Source of the DNA: an uncultured delta proteobacterium | GTDB taxonomy: Bacteria > Desulfobacterota > Binatia > Bin18 | DNA: 64,000 nucleotides | Reading direction: 5' to 3' | NCBI GenBank assembly: GCA_963733195.1 | Contig: CAVTCR010000081.1 | Coordinates: 96,001-160,000 of the forward strand | In this document: positions 9,896 to 19,202 of the stretch, piece by piece | Layout of the letters: each line of letters starts with the position of its first letter | Position numbering within the stretch: the first letter of the stretch is position 1 | The notes under the pieces: generated by a model | Databases searched by the model: none | Seen by the model: the letters and a program-made list of their open reading frames with translations, nothing else | Told to the model about the DNA's origin: nothing | Made by a program: the position numbers and the translations under genes

Positions 9896-10921
9896 TCAAG
9901 GAAACTCGACCAGAGTCTTGATCGAGTCTCGTGCTTCAGAGGCGGTTTTGTATGCATCGTGTAAAGCGGCAAAGGGAAAACGATGAGTAATGAACTTATC
10001 AGCAGTAACGATGCCTGTACGAATGAGCTGTAATGCCTCGCGGGTATCATTCGGTCCACACGAGTAGCTCGGGATGAGGCGAATCTCGTTAAAATAGAGG
10101 TGATATGGAGAGACTGGCAATATCGCTTCCGGAGTGCTCGTGGTAAAGAGAACAACCGTCCCACCTTTAGCTACGCAGCGAATTCCTAATTCCATCGCTT
10201 CAAGCGACCCTGGTCCGACAATCACAACTTCAGCCATCTCACCATGCGTGTGCTGCCGCAATTGCTCTTCAACGTTTCCTTGAGCTGGATCAAGGGCAAA
10301 GTCTGCGCCCAAAGCGAGAGCCTTCTCGCGCCTATACGGAACAAAATCGGCACCGATAACACTGCCTGCACCAGCGTGGCGAGCCAGCGCAACATGCAAT
10401 TGACCCATAATGCCCAAGCCAATAATGAAAACCCGATCACCGGCTTGCATTCCTGACTTACGCATTGACTTTACTGTGCACGCAGCAGGTTCGATCAGCG
10501 CACCATCAGCAAAAGACAGGTCAGAGGGAAGGGAGAGAGTGTCTCCGGCGAGGTTTTCTTTAGGCGCGAGAAAATACTCTGCCATACCACCCGGAACAAT
10601 GCGGGATGCTCTCCATGTGGAACACTGAACAAACTCTCCACGCTGACAGGGCCGGCAAGTAAAACATGGCGCATGATGGTGGACAAACACCCGGTCCCCA
10701 GGACGAAAATCTGTTACCCCAGGCCCAACTTCGATTACTTCTCCGGCTGGCTCGTGACCGAATACGAGCGGCGCTTTCTTCTTCATATACCAGCCCATGA
10801 CATCACCAGAGCAAATGCCACACGCTCGCGTACGAATCAGCGCTTCTCCAGGGCCAACTACCGGGACCGGTTCGTCTTCAAAGCGGATGTCTGTCGAATC
10901 GTAAAGCCGCGCGACTTTCAT
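9896..10921 (-). CDS. Zinc-dependent medium-chain dehydrogenase (sorbitol/iditol dehydrogenase-like)
   Basis: CGICSGD, GHEPAG, CxxCxxC...C structural Zn site, GLGIMG nucleotide-binding motif. Confidence 0.9.
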   Translation of the reverse strand: MKVARLYDSTDIRFEDEPVPVVGPGEALIRTRACGICSGDVMGWYMKKKAPLVFGHEPAGEVIEVGPGVTDFRPGDRVFVHHHAPCFTCRPCQRGEFVQCSTWRASRIVPGGMAEYFLAPKENLAGDTLSLPSDLSFADGALIEPAACTVKSMRKSGMQAGDRVFIIGLGIMGQLHVALARHAGAGSVIGADFVPYRREKALALGADFALDPAQGNVEEQLRQHTHGEMAEVVIVGPGSLEAMELGIRCVAKGGTVVLFTTSTPEAILPVSPYHLYFNEIRLIPSYSCGPNDTREALQLIRTGIVTADKFITHRFPFAALHDAYKTASEARDSIKTLVEFP

Positions 10922-10942
10922 AACCGCATTTCCATGAGGCGA

Positions 10943-11939
10943 TTATGAAAACATCCATTTCGCCATCTTCCACATGTCCTTGCGGGCTTTCGGGGAAGGT
11001 GCGGGTGACAGATGCCTCGAACCCTGAGTGCATCAAGCAATCGTGGCATCTGGTATCAATGCGTTTTTCCCAGTAGTTCCAGTCCACCCCATTCCAGAAC
11101 TCGTCCCAGGTTTTATAGTATTTTTCGCCAATCAAGTAACAGGGGCCTTTCCAGCCGAAAGGGGTACGAGTGACATTTCCCCATGGGGTGCAGGGATACT
11201 CACGCTCTCCAGCGGCGAATTCAAGAAAGAGCGGAGTAGAGCCGAGGCGATACTTCTTTGATAATTCCAAAACCTTTCTGAACTTCTGATGGATCTCCTG
11301 ACGGAAGAGGAAGTGGTTCTCTTGGATTTTTTCGTAATGATACCCAGGTGACACCAACATGTTGTCGATTCCCATCCGCGTCAGGAGTGCGAACAACTCC
11401 TCAATCTCTTCCATACTGGTTTCACGATAGACCGTGGTGTTCGTGCAGACGGTATAGCCAAGCTGCTTGCCCACCTTGATCATCTCAAGGGCTTTGTCAA
11501 ATACCCCTTCACGCGCACAAACGAAATCGTGGGTCTCCCGCAAACCATCAAGATGAACGTTGATGGTTAATCGCTTATGTGGCTGTGCTTTGCTGAAGAA
11601 TCGCTCAAGCAGAATGGCGTTTGTACAAACGATTACATGCCGTTTGCGAGCGATCGTTTCACTAACTAACTCGGGAAGTTCTGGATAGACGGTCGGTTCG
11701 CCACCACAAATAGAAACGATGGGTGCGCCGGACTCATCAACCGCTTGAAGACATTGAGAGAGCGTGAGTCGATCTTTTAGCTCACCAGAATGACGTTCTG
11801 GGGAACATCCGACACAGGCAAGATTGCAGGTATACAGAGGCTCAAGCATCAGCACGACCGGATACCGTTTCCGTCCTTGTAGTTTATTTTTCGTCTGCCA
11901 CTTCATCATATCTGTCGTTACATGTAGCGGGTACCGCAT
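10943..11939 (-). CDS. hpnH: Adenosyl-hopene transferase HpnH-like radical SAM protein (frameshift near 10985)
   Basis: YPVVLMLEPLYTCNLACVGC, CTPWGNVT, CxxCxxHSGFEAS motifs typical of HpnH; a one-base correction gives the tail KDMWKMAKWMFS* and removes the overlap with the next gene. Confidence 0.85.
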
Positions 11940-12015
11940 CCTTTTCCACACTCCTTCTCCACACTTGACCGTTTGGTCAGCGAATCTTAGCGGTCTGCCG
12001 TGAGCGTCGCAAGGA

Positions 12016-12116
12016 GGATAATGGATAAGGGGGAAAGGAGAAAGGATAAGGGAAAGGCCAGAAGGATGTTTTTCTATCCGTTTCTCCCTTTATCCGTTAC
12101 CCCTTCTCCCTTATCC
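12016..12116. repeat. Inverted pair of 7-nt-period tracts (GGATAAG/GGAGAAA versus CTTATCC/TTTCTCC)
   Basis: Directly visible: about 6 purine units at 12016-12057 and about 6 complementary units at 12074-12116. Confidence 0.8.
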
Positions 12117-12955
12117 TATCTCGATAAGAACACCGGACACGGCGCATTGCGCAGGACATACTCGGTTGTACTTCCAAGGACCATTTCGATAATACGAGTA
12201 TGGCCGTATGCGCCAATGAATAACAGATCGTGGCTTCTTTCTTTAATGCACTCGACGATCCGTTGGTTGGCATGACCGACAGCAGGGACGAGGGTTAGTG
12301 GTATTCCGTAGGAGCTGAGATAGTGTCGTGCTTCTTCGAGGAGTTTTTCTCCACCGTTTTTTTCGCGATGTGCGACCGAGAGAACGGTTAAGGGAAGATG
12401 GAGCGCAGCACAGAATTCTGCTGCCAAATGCATGGCTGTGCTGGCACGCGGGCTGCCGTCATAGGCAAGGAGTGGATTCGTGATCGGTTGAAATTGCATC
12501 GGAGTGATGAATACCGGACGTGGACATTTACGTGTGACACTTTCGGCCGTACCACCTAACAATCCTGTGGAAAATCGTTCGTTAGCTCCGCGATGGCCAA
12601 TGACAACAAGATCGCTGGTGCGGGCATGTTCACAAATGTCATTCGCGATGATCCCAGTAACGAGAATGGTTTCGTAGGCAATCCTCCGTTCACTACACGA
12701 GGCTGTGAACTCTGCAAGCAATTGCTGTCCACGTTCATGCAAGGCTTGACGTACTTTTCCAGTTACATCGAGATAGGGTTCAAAGCCCAACGCTCCGGAG
12801 ATGTCCTGAAAAAATGGCCCTTCAACCGAAACGATGTCGATGACGTGCAAACCAGAGATCTCAGCCTGGAAACGTTCGGCTAACCATAATGCATACTGAA
12901 ACGCAGTCCGCGCATGGTCAGAGCCGTCGAGAGCGAGGAGGATATGTTTAATCAT
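12116..12955 (-). CDS. Universal stress protein (tandem USP domains)
   Basis: ILLALDGSD, DLVVIGHRG...LLGGTAE, LLAYDGS, IGAYGH...VLGSTTE. Confidence 0.92.
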   Translation of the reverse strand: MIKHILLALDGSDHARTAFQYALWLAERFQAEISGLHVIDIVSVEGPFFQDISGALGFEPYLDVTGKVRQALHERGQQLLAEFTASCSERRIAYETILVTGIIANDICEHARTSDLVVIGHRGANERFSTGLLGGTAESVTRKCPRPVFITPMQFQPITNPLLAYDGSPRASTAMHLAAEFCAALHLPLTVLSVAHREKNGGEKLLEEARHYLSSYGIPLTLVPAVGHANQRIVECIKERSHDLLFIGAYGHTRIIEMVLGSTTEYVLRNAPCPVFLSR

Positions 12956-13070
12956 GTAATCCTCAGTGTCTCAGTTACCATTCCTCGTGGGCCTGATTAT
13001 CACTGTGTCCTCACGTGAGCAAGCAACCACTTTACAAGCCGAGAGCCCTTGGTCACAATAGAGAATTACT

Positions 13071-13367
13071 ATGGCAAAAAAACCGCAGTCCGGGGGAAGA
13101 GGTGGTGCCCTCCTTCAAGAACTGAAGACCGTGGCTGAACGGATTGGCATCCGTGTCCGCGAAGAAAAGCTGTTCCGAGAAGTGGGCTACCAGGTACGAG
13201 GTGGAGGATGTCGAGTCCGTGGACAAGAGACCGTTTTCTTGGATCGAGATATGCCAGTTCCAGATCGCATGGATATCCTTCTTGATGAGTTGTCGCGGCG
13301 TGAGGTTGATCGCGAGTTGTTGTCTCCTGCGTTACGACGGCTCTGGCCTGGAGGAGCATCGCAGTGA
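13071..13367 (+). CDS. Conserved hypothetical protein coupled to fur
   Basis: 98 aa ORF with GIRVREEK...GGGCRVRG...VFLD; stop overlaps fur start (GTGA). Confidence 0.7.
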   Translation: MAKKPQSGGRGGALLQELKTVAERIGIRVREEKLFREVGYQVRGGGCRVRGQETVFLDRDMPVPDRMDILLDELSRREVDRELLSPALRRLWPGGASQ

Positions 13368-13837
13368 GCGATCGGCTCACCCAATTCCGTCATTGGATCA
13401 AAGAGCAGGGACTCAAAGCAACCTCGCAACGAGAGGATATCGCGCAGGTTTTCTTTTCAGCCGACCGTCACATCAGTGTTGAAGAGCTCTACAGCGAGGT
13501 GCGTCGACTCAATCCGCGTGTGGGCTATGCCACTGTGTACCGCACGATGAAACTCTTAAAAGAGTGCGGCCTAGCGGAAGAGCGACACTTTGCCGATGGG
13601 CAAGCTCGATTTGAGAAACTCGAAGATGAACGTCATCACGATCATATTATCTGCGAACGCTGTGGGCGCATCGTCGAGTTTACTCAACCGCAGATCGAAA
13701 AACTTCAGGAAGAAGTTGCTCAGCGATTTGGGTTTGTGGCAACAACCCATAAGATGGAGATCTACGGCATTTGCAAAGACTGCCGAGAGGGCAAAGGTTC
13801 TCGTGCAGAGCGCGAGCGACCGTTAGTGCGAACCTAA
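13364..13837 (+). CDS. fur: Fur-family transcriptional regulator
   Basis: ATVYRTMKLL, HHDHIICERCG, YGICKDC. Confidence 0.93.
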   Translation: MSDRLTQFRHWIKEQGLKATSQREDIAQVFFSADRHISVEELYSEVRRLNPRVGYATVYRTMKLLKECGLAEERHFADGQARFEKLEDERHHDHIICERCGRIVEFTQPQIEKLQEEVAQRFGFVATTHKMEIYGICKDCREGKGSRAERERPLVRT

Positions 13838-13971
13838 TCCCATCTCCATCCTTTCTGTTTCTTCGTTTTGCTGCTTCCTTTTCATTACGCACAATGAAAC
13901 GTGTCTGGAAAGTGTTCATCTCGCACTTGCTGCGCCGCAGCTTTCTCGTCGATCATCGCTAGATCATTTCG

Positions 13972-15916
13972 TTACCAAAGCGTTGTGGTATCGAGGACAT
14001 GAACGTGTCCGGCATGTTCAGTGACTGTCTCGTACATGTGTTGGGTTCCGCCGAGGCCGTCTCCACCTTTACGGTTCCACAGACAAAGGAAGTGCAGTCG
14101 TTCCGGCCCCCACGACAGTGCGGTGTATAACTGCCATAGATTGTTACGCGCGAACGCATTGACACCTTTGGGGAGTGGGCCAAGCTCATCTGGCATAACC
14201 AGCAGTTTGGTCTTTTCATGTTTTTTGACGGCGTAAAAACGCTCGCGCCAGTTGTCGCCGGCGAAATTGACCGATTCTTGAAGAAACTCCGGCTCATCAA
14301 AGGGAATACGTACTTCCAGTCGTAAGCCGCGCGTCAGGCATGCCTCAGCGAACAGCAAGTCACCACCGCATGCGCCACCACAGAGGGCAAGGTCTTCTGC
14401 TCCAGCACCAAGTGCTTCGAGTTTGGCGAGAATCGCCCATGTGGCGATGGATTCCTTCTCCGCAGGAAAGCGGGGAGTTGGACGATCCGGTCGCGTCAAT
14501 CATATGCCCACTGAAGAGAAATACGCGCTGCGGCTTCCAGCGTTCTTGTGGAGCTTCGAGTTTCTTGAGCTCGCGCTCAAGAATCTTCAATCCGGCTTCG
14601 ACTTCTACGAGGCGGAACCCGAGGTCACGCAGTAGGAGTAACTGTTGGTACGAAGAATCAAGTGCGAACCAATCCTTCTCGGCCACTGCAACCGCGACTC
14701 GATACTGTCGCTCGACCTGTGCTTTATCAGCGGAGAGAACGTCGAGATCACCGAGCGTTACTCGTGCCCAGTAGTCTCTCGGAGTTTCAGTGAGTGCACT
14801 TTGTACTGCCCATCGGACTCCCCCTTCCAACGCACGCTGCTCGGGAGTCTGTTCCTCGTGAAGAAGTGTTTGCTTGAGGGTAAGAAGAGTAATCGCATTA
14901 ATACCGGCATAGTAGTTCTTCGGATCTTTGCGAAAACCGGTCATGTAGGCGTCGATTGCTTCATGAAGAAACCCCTCCTCGGCCAGTGCATCTTCTCGCA
15001 TTCGCTCGGGTGTTTTGCCCGAATCCCTCCACCTCATGACCCAATTCTCCTTCTCAATACGGCCCAGTAACGCCCAGCTTTCCGAATCCTCAGGGTACTC
15101 CTCAACAACCGCCTTGAGCCACGCTTTGGCTTCGTCATACTTTTTCAAACGTCCGAACAGGAGACCTTTCTGTCGACGACTTTCGAGATCAGTTAGATCG
15201 ATGTCCAATGCTTTCTGGTACTGGTGCAGTGCGTATGAAAACTGTCCGAGAGAAAGCAGAGCTTTTCCTGCTTTGCGACGTGCTTCAGGTTGGAGGAGGC
15301 GAGAAGGAGCTTCTTTGGTAAAGACGAGAATATCACCGGGGAGGTTTTTCCGCCGCGCGACTTCGATGCGACGTGCCCATCCATCATACGCTTCCCAAAA
15401 CTCTTTGGCCTCTTCCACTCGGAGTGATTTCCAATCTGGCTCCTGCAAGTAACGAAGCAGATGATAGACAGGACTGATCTTGCGTCCGTGCCATGACTGG
15501 ATCGTTTCAGTTGCAAACGTGGCTAACGCCTTTTTGTCGTCTTCCAGAGTTGCCGGATCGGGGACGCCATCTTTGATGTGATACCGGAAGGCACGATCGA
15601 CATAGACGTCGAACGGCATGTAGTCACGCTTACATTGAATTTGGATCACTCCGCGTGAGCGAAGTCCATGACGAACGCCTAACTCGTACCAGACGTTGGG
15701 GTTGTCGATTGACAAGTCTACAACCACCAGGTCGGCAAGCAGTAACTCTTGGAACATATCCGTGCGAATGTTCCCTGCCTGCTGTTCCTCATCGGCACGA
15801 AAGACGTTGAATCCAGCCGTTTCTAAGGCGGGTTTAATGTAATCCTTGTAGACCTTGTTAAAGTCGATGCCTTCTTTCGTGCCAAACGGCATAGCGACAA
15901 AAGCATGCAAGGTCAT
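13972..15916 (-). CDS. Multidomain conflict-type protein: deoxyribohydrolase/nucleoside deoxyribosyltransferase-like N-terminus, TPR (DUF4071/TRAF-binding-like) middle, SLOG-like C-terminus; single frameshift near 14490
   Basis: N-term FVAMPFG...RADE...ADLVVVDLSIDNPNVWYELGVRH; TPR helices with NYYAGINA and DYWARVTLG; ORFs 14360-15916 and 13972-14499 join to FSGHMIDAPDRPTPRFP...GGACGGDLLFAE...LWNRKGGDGLGGT. Confidence 0.78.
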
Positions 15917-15967
15917 TGCGTGTTCCTTATGTGGTTTGAAGACAGACGGTAGCTATGTCTTTTTTCC

Positions 15968-18790
15968 TTAGGTCTCGGAGAGGGAACATGTCTGGAGATA
16001 CTCCGTAGATCCTACGTACTTCTGCCACTCCTCGTTGGTGAGATTCCGGTGCAGGCGCTCGCATACCTCGCGTACCGCATCCTCTCGTCGCCACAGCCAA
16101 CGAAATTCGACGTTCTCCCAATTGGCGGTAATCACGTACTTGCCGTCGGGACTAAAAGCGACGGTTGCGACTCCGGCATCGTGGCGTAAGCGGGTGACTT
16201 CCTGAAAACCAGGCATTTCCCACACTCGTGCAATTTTGTCCGAACCAGCAGTGGCCAAATATTTCCCGTCAGGACTAAAGGCGAGCGCAGTGACGGTTTC
16301 TTCACGGTGGGGATGGGGACTGGTCACAACCTGTCGCGTCTCCAGGTCCCAAATGCGGATCGTTTTATCCCATCCCGCAGAGGCGAACTGTGTGCCATCA
16401 GGGCTAAAGGCGATTGCCGCTGCACCTTCCTTATGTAACAGGAAGGCGCGCTCTTTCACCGTTGACGTGTCCCAGATACGGATGGTTTCATCATCCCAAC
16501 CAGCGGTTGCGAATTGTTTGCCGTCGGCACTGAAGGTCAAGGCAGCGACTCCGCCTTCATGCGGAATGATTGTTTGGTGCTGCGGATTGCGGGCTTCCCA
16601 CGCCCGTGTGATCTTGTCCCAGCCCGCCGTAACTAGATACTTACCGTTAGGGCTGAATGCGATAGCTGCTACTCCACTGGGGTGAACCATCCGAGCCAGC
16701 GGCTGGCAGTCCGGGCGGCGGCAACGGGCTACCTGCCACACCGCGATCGTGGTATCCCACCCCACAGTCGCCAGATAGGTGCCGTCACTGTTGAAAGCGA
16801 GTGCAGCGACTCCGTGAGCATGCCGCATCGTGGCGATCTCTTGCTTGCTGTCCTGTTCCCAAATGCGGATCGTCGAATCGTCATCGGCCGTGGCAAGGTA
16901 TTTCCCATCTGCACTGAGGGAGACCGCAGCTACGCGTGGCATATGCGTGAATGTGGCGATCATACGCCCCGTGCCCGACTCCCAGAGCAGAGCGGCAGGA
17001 TCATCACTCGCAGAAATAATGGACTGACCATCGGGACTAAAGGCTGCCGCAGTGACCCCACTGTTGTGGGTCAGGCGGACGCTCTCTTTCGGCGAGGCAA
17101 TCTCCCATACACGAGCCGTCTGGTCATAACTTCCAGTGACAATCTGCCGGGAATCACTGCGGAAGGAAACGGCGATGACCCCCCCTTCATGCGGAAGCTG
17201 GGCAATCTCCCGTCCGCTCGCACGTTGCCAAATCCGGGCCGTGTTGTCCCACCCGGCAGTGGCTAAGAAGTTTCCATCCGGGCTAAAGCTGAGGGCGGTC
17301 ACCCCACCTCGGTGTGAAACGTGGGCAATCTGTTCGCTGTTGGCGACTTTCCAGATGCGCACCAGTGGGTCATAGGTGGCCGTGCCAAGGAGTGCACCAT
17401 CCGGACTAAAGGCAACCGCAGTCACTCCTTCCTTGTGTGGCAGTCTTTTAATCTCGCGACAACTGACAAGATCCCAGATACGGACGGTTTTGTCCCAACT
17501 GCCTGAGGCGAGGTAGCGACTATCATGGCTGAATGCCAGACTGGTACTGCCTTTGTCGTGCATGCCACGGAGGATCTCACGGTTAGTATTGTATTCCCAC
17601 ACACGAACGGTTCCGTCCCAGCTTGCGGTGGCCAGGTACTTACCATTGGGGCTGAAGCTGATCGCTGTGATTCCTTCTTCGCGAGCCATCGGCGAGATCT
17701 CCTGGCCTGTCGTGATGATCCACACATGCGCGTGACCAGCCCAATCGACTGTAGCCAGATACTTACTATCAGGACTAAAAGCCATAGCCGTGATCCCGCT
17801 CTGGTGTGAGAGCAGGGAGACGGGTTGCTGATTGGCGACATTCCAGATGCGGACAACACAAGAATATCCAGCCGTGGCAATGAACTGGCCATTGGGACTG
17901 AATGCAACAGAGGTGATGCCCACCTTCGCAGTTGCGCAGGGCAGCAGTACTGTTCCCTGTAAGACTGCCTGATCAGATTCTAGAGAAGGTGAAAGTTTGA
18001 TGGCGGTGGCAGCTAGCAGTTCTCGGAGTGAGGACAATTCAGGGCGGCTTTTCAACGCCTCAACTTGCAATGCGAGTTGCCGGGCGAGGACGACTTTCGT
18101 CTGCGAGCGGGCGTATTGCCATTGGATCAACGCGATTACAGCCAATGCCGCAACAATTCCAAGGCCAGACGTGGCGATACTCAGCCAGACCCCTTTGCTT
18201 TTGGTAGCCGCGCGGCGACTGGCGATAATATACTGAGTTTGCAGTGGTGTCGGTTGTGGATCTTTTTTGTCGGCTTGAGTCAGCCACTGTTCCGCTTCGC
18301 GTAGCTCACGCCCACGCACGAGCAGGCTGTGTTCCTGTCCTTTACGATTCCACTCCTCGGCTTTGATTAACCAGCGTGTATGGGTATGCACCCACTCCGG
18401 GTCGACGTTGAGGACCTCTACGAGTGCCGTAAAGGCGCTGGAGAAATCATCCGTAGCACGGAAAAACTGCCACTGGCGTGCCGCAAGCGGTTGCGGGATC
18501 GTTTTCTCGTCAACCTCGCGATAATAGATCGGCACGATACGTTTATGGTGTTCAACCGCGTACGCAAGCTCCTGCTGACAGTACGCTGAACTCAATGCCT
18601 CCGGACTGATAACGAAGAGGAACGCTTCAGCTTCTTCGATGGCAGTGCGAATCCGTGGCCAGAACTCTTCCCCAGCGTAGAGGTCGTCGAGATCGACCCA
18701 CGTCTCGCGATTTTGAGCGGTGAAGGTATCCTGGAGCTTCTGTACAAAGTCCTTATCTTCACGGGCATAGGAAATGAAAACAGCGGCCAT
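15968..18790 (-). CDS. TIR domain - hydrophobic helix - WD40 repeat protein (about 14-15 repeats)
   Basis: VFISYAREDK...FVISP...SAYCQQELAYA TIR motif; hydrophobic WLSIATSGLGIVAALAVIALIQW; repeated H..GV.A.AFSPDG..LATAGWD...RIW. Confidence 0.92.
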   Translation of the reverse strand: MAAVFISYAREDKDFVQKLQDTFTAQNRETWVDLDDLYAGEEFWPRIRTAIEEAEAFLFVISPEALSSAYCQQELAYAVEHHKRIVPIYYREVDEKTIPQPLAARQWQFFRATDDFSSAFTALVEVLNVDPEWVHTHTRWLIKAEEWNRKGQEHSLLVRGRELREAEQWLTQADKKDPQPTPLQTQYIIASRRAATKSKGVWLSIATSGLGIVAALAVIALIQWQYARSQTKVVLARQLALQVEALKSRPELSSLRELLAATAIKLSPSLESDQAVLQGTVLLPCATAKVGITSVAFSPNGQFIATAGYSCVVRIWNVANQQPVSLLSHQSGITAMAFSPDSKYLATVDWAGHAHVWIITTGQEISPMAREEGITAISFSPNGKYLATASWDGTVRVWEYNTNREILRGMHDKGSTSLAFSHDSRYLASGSWDKTVRIWDLVSCREIKRLPHKEGVTAVAFSPDGALLGTATYDPLVRIWKVANSEQIAHVSHRGGVTALSFSPDGNFLATAGWDNTARIWQRASGREIAQLPHEGGVIAVSFRSDSRQIVTGSYDQTARVWEIASPKESVRLTHNSGVTAAAFSPDGQSIISASDDPAALLWESGTGRMIATFTHMPRVAAVSLSADGKYLATADDDSTIRIWEQDSKQEIATMRHAHGVAALAFNSDGTYLATVGWDTTIAVWQVARCRRPDCQPLARMVHPSGVAAIAFSPNGKYLVTAGWDKITRAWEARNPQHQTIIPHEGGVAALTFSADGKQFATAGWDDETIRIWDTSTVKERAFLLHKEGAAAIAFSPDGTQFASAGWDKTIRIWDLETRQVVTSPHPHREETVTALAFSPDGKYLATAGSDKIARVWEMPGFQEVTRLRHDAGVATVAFSPDGKYVITANWENVEFRWLWRREDAVREVCERLHRNLTNEEWQKYVGSTEYLQTCSLSET

Positions 18791-18839
18791 GTTCCCCTCG
18801 TAGATGGTGCCGGTTCCTTGTTAGGACTCCCAATGGTAG

Positions 18840-18855
18840 AGCAATGGGTATGCCA
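18840..18855 (-). promoter_or_regulatory. Putative sigma54 (-24/-12) promoter of the TIR-WD40 operon
   Basis: Minus strand reads TGGCATACCCATTGCT = GG-N10-GC, 50 bp upstream of the ATG, with an AT-rich upstream region. Confidence 0.68.
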
Positions 18856-19202
18856 TTAAGTAGATATGCAAGAAATTGCTCCATTTGCAATCTGCCTTAT
18901 GGAAGCCAAGGGTAAATTTATCGAGGGTTACAGTCGGAATTAAGAAAATAAGGACAATACGACGAATAGCGAGATAAAACTGTCTCACGGTAACAAAAGT
19001 TGACAGGACAAGTGAAGTAGATGGTACAGTGGTAGGGGCGATGGCCAGATGCCCCGGCGGTTCACCTTCCCGCTCAATAAGGAGGGAGGGTCAATTAGTG
19101 TGACAAAAGAGTCGGGCAGCACCCTACTCTGAATGAGGTTTGTCTACGCCTCATTTCTCCGGTGATTTGTCTTTACCTTTTGCCTTTTGACTTGTTTGGA
19201 CC

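Noticed and set aside
16100-17930. Regularly spaced similar DNA segments that could suggest a CRISPR-like array
   Set aside because: They are the coding WD40 repeats of one ORF, degenerate at the DNA level, with no identical repeats separated by unique spacers
19000-19056. TTGACA...TACAGT possible divergent sigma70 promoter and adjacent GTAGGGGC...GCCCC element suggesting an sRNA
   Set aside because: Spacer is 19 nt, the palindrome is weak, and there is no downstream ORF or clear terminator
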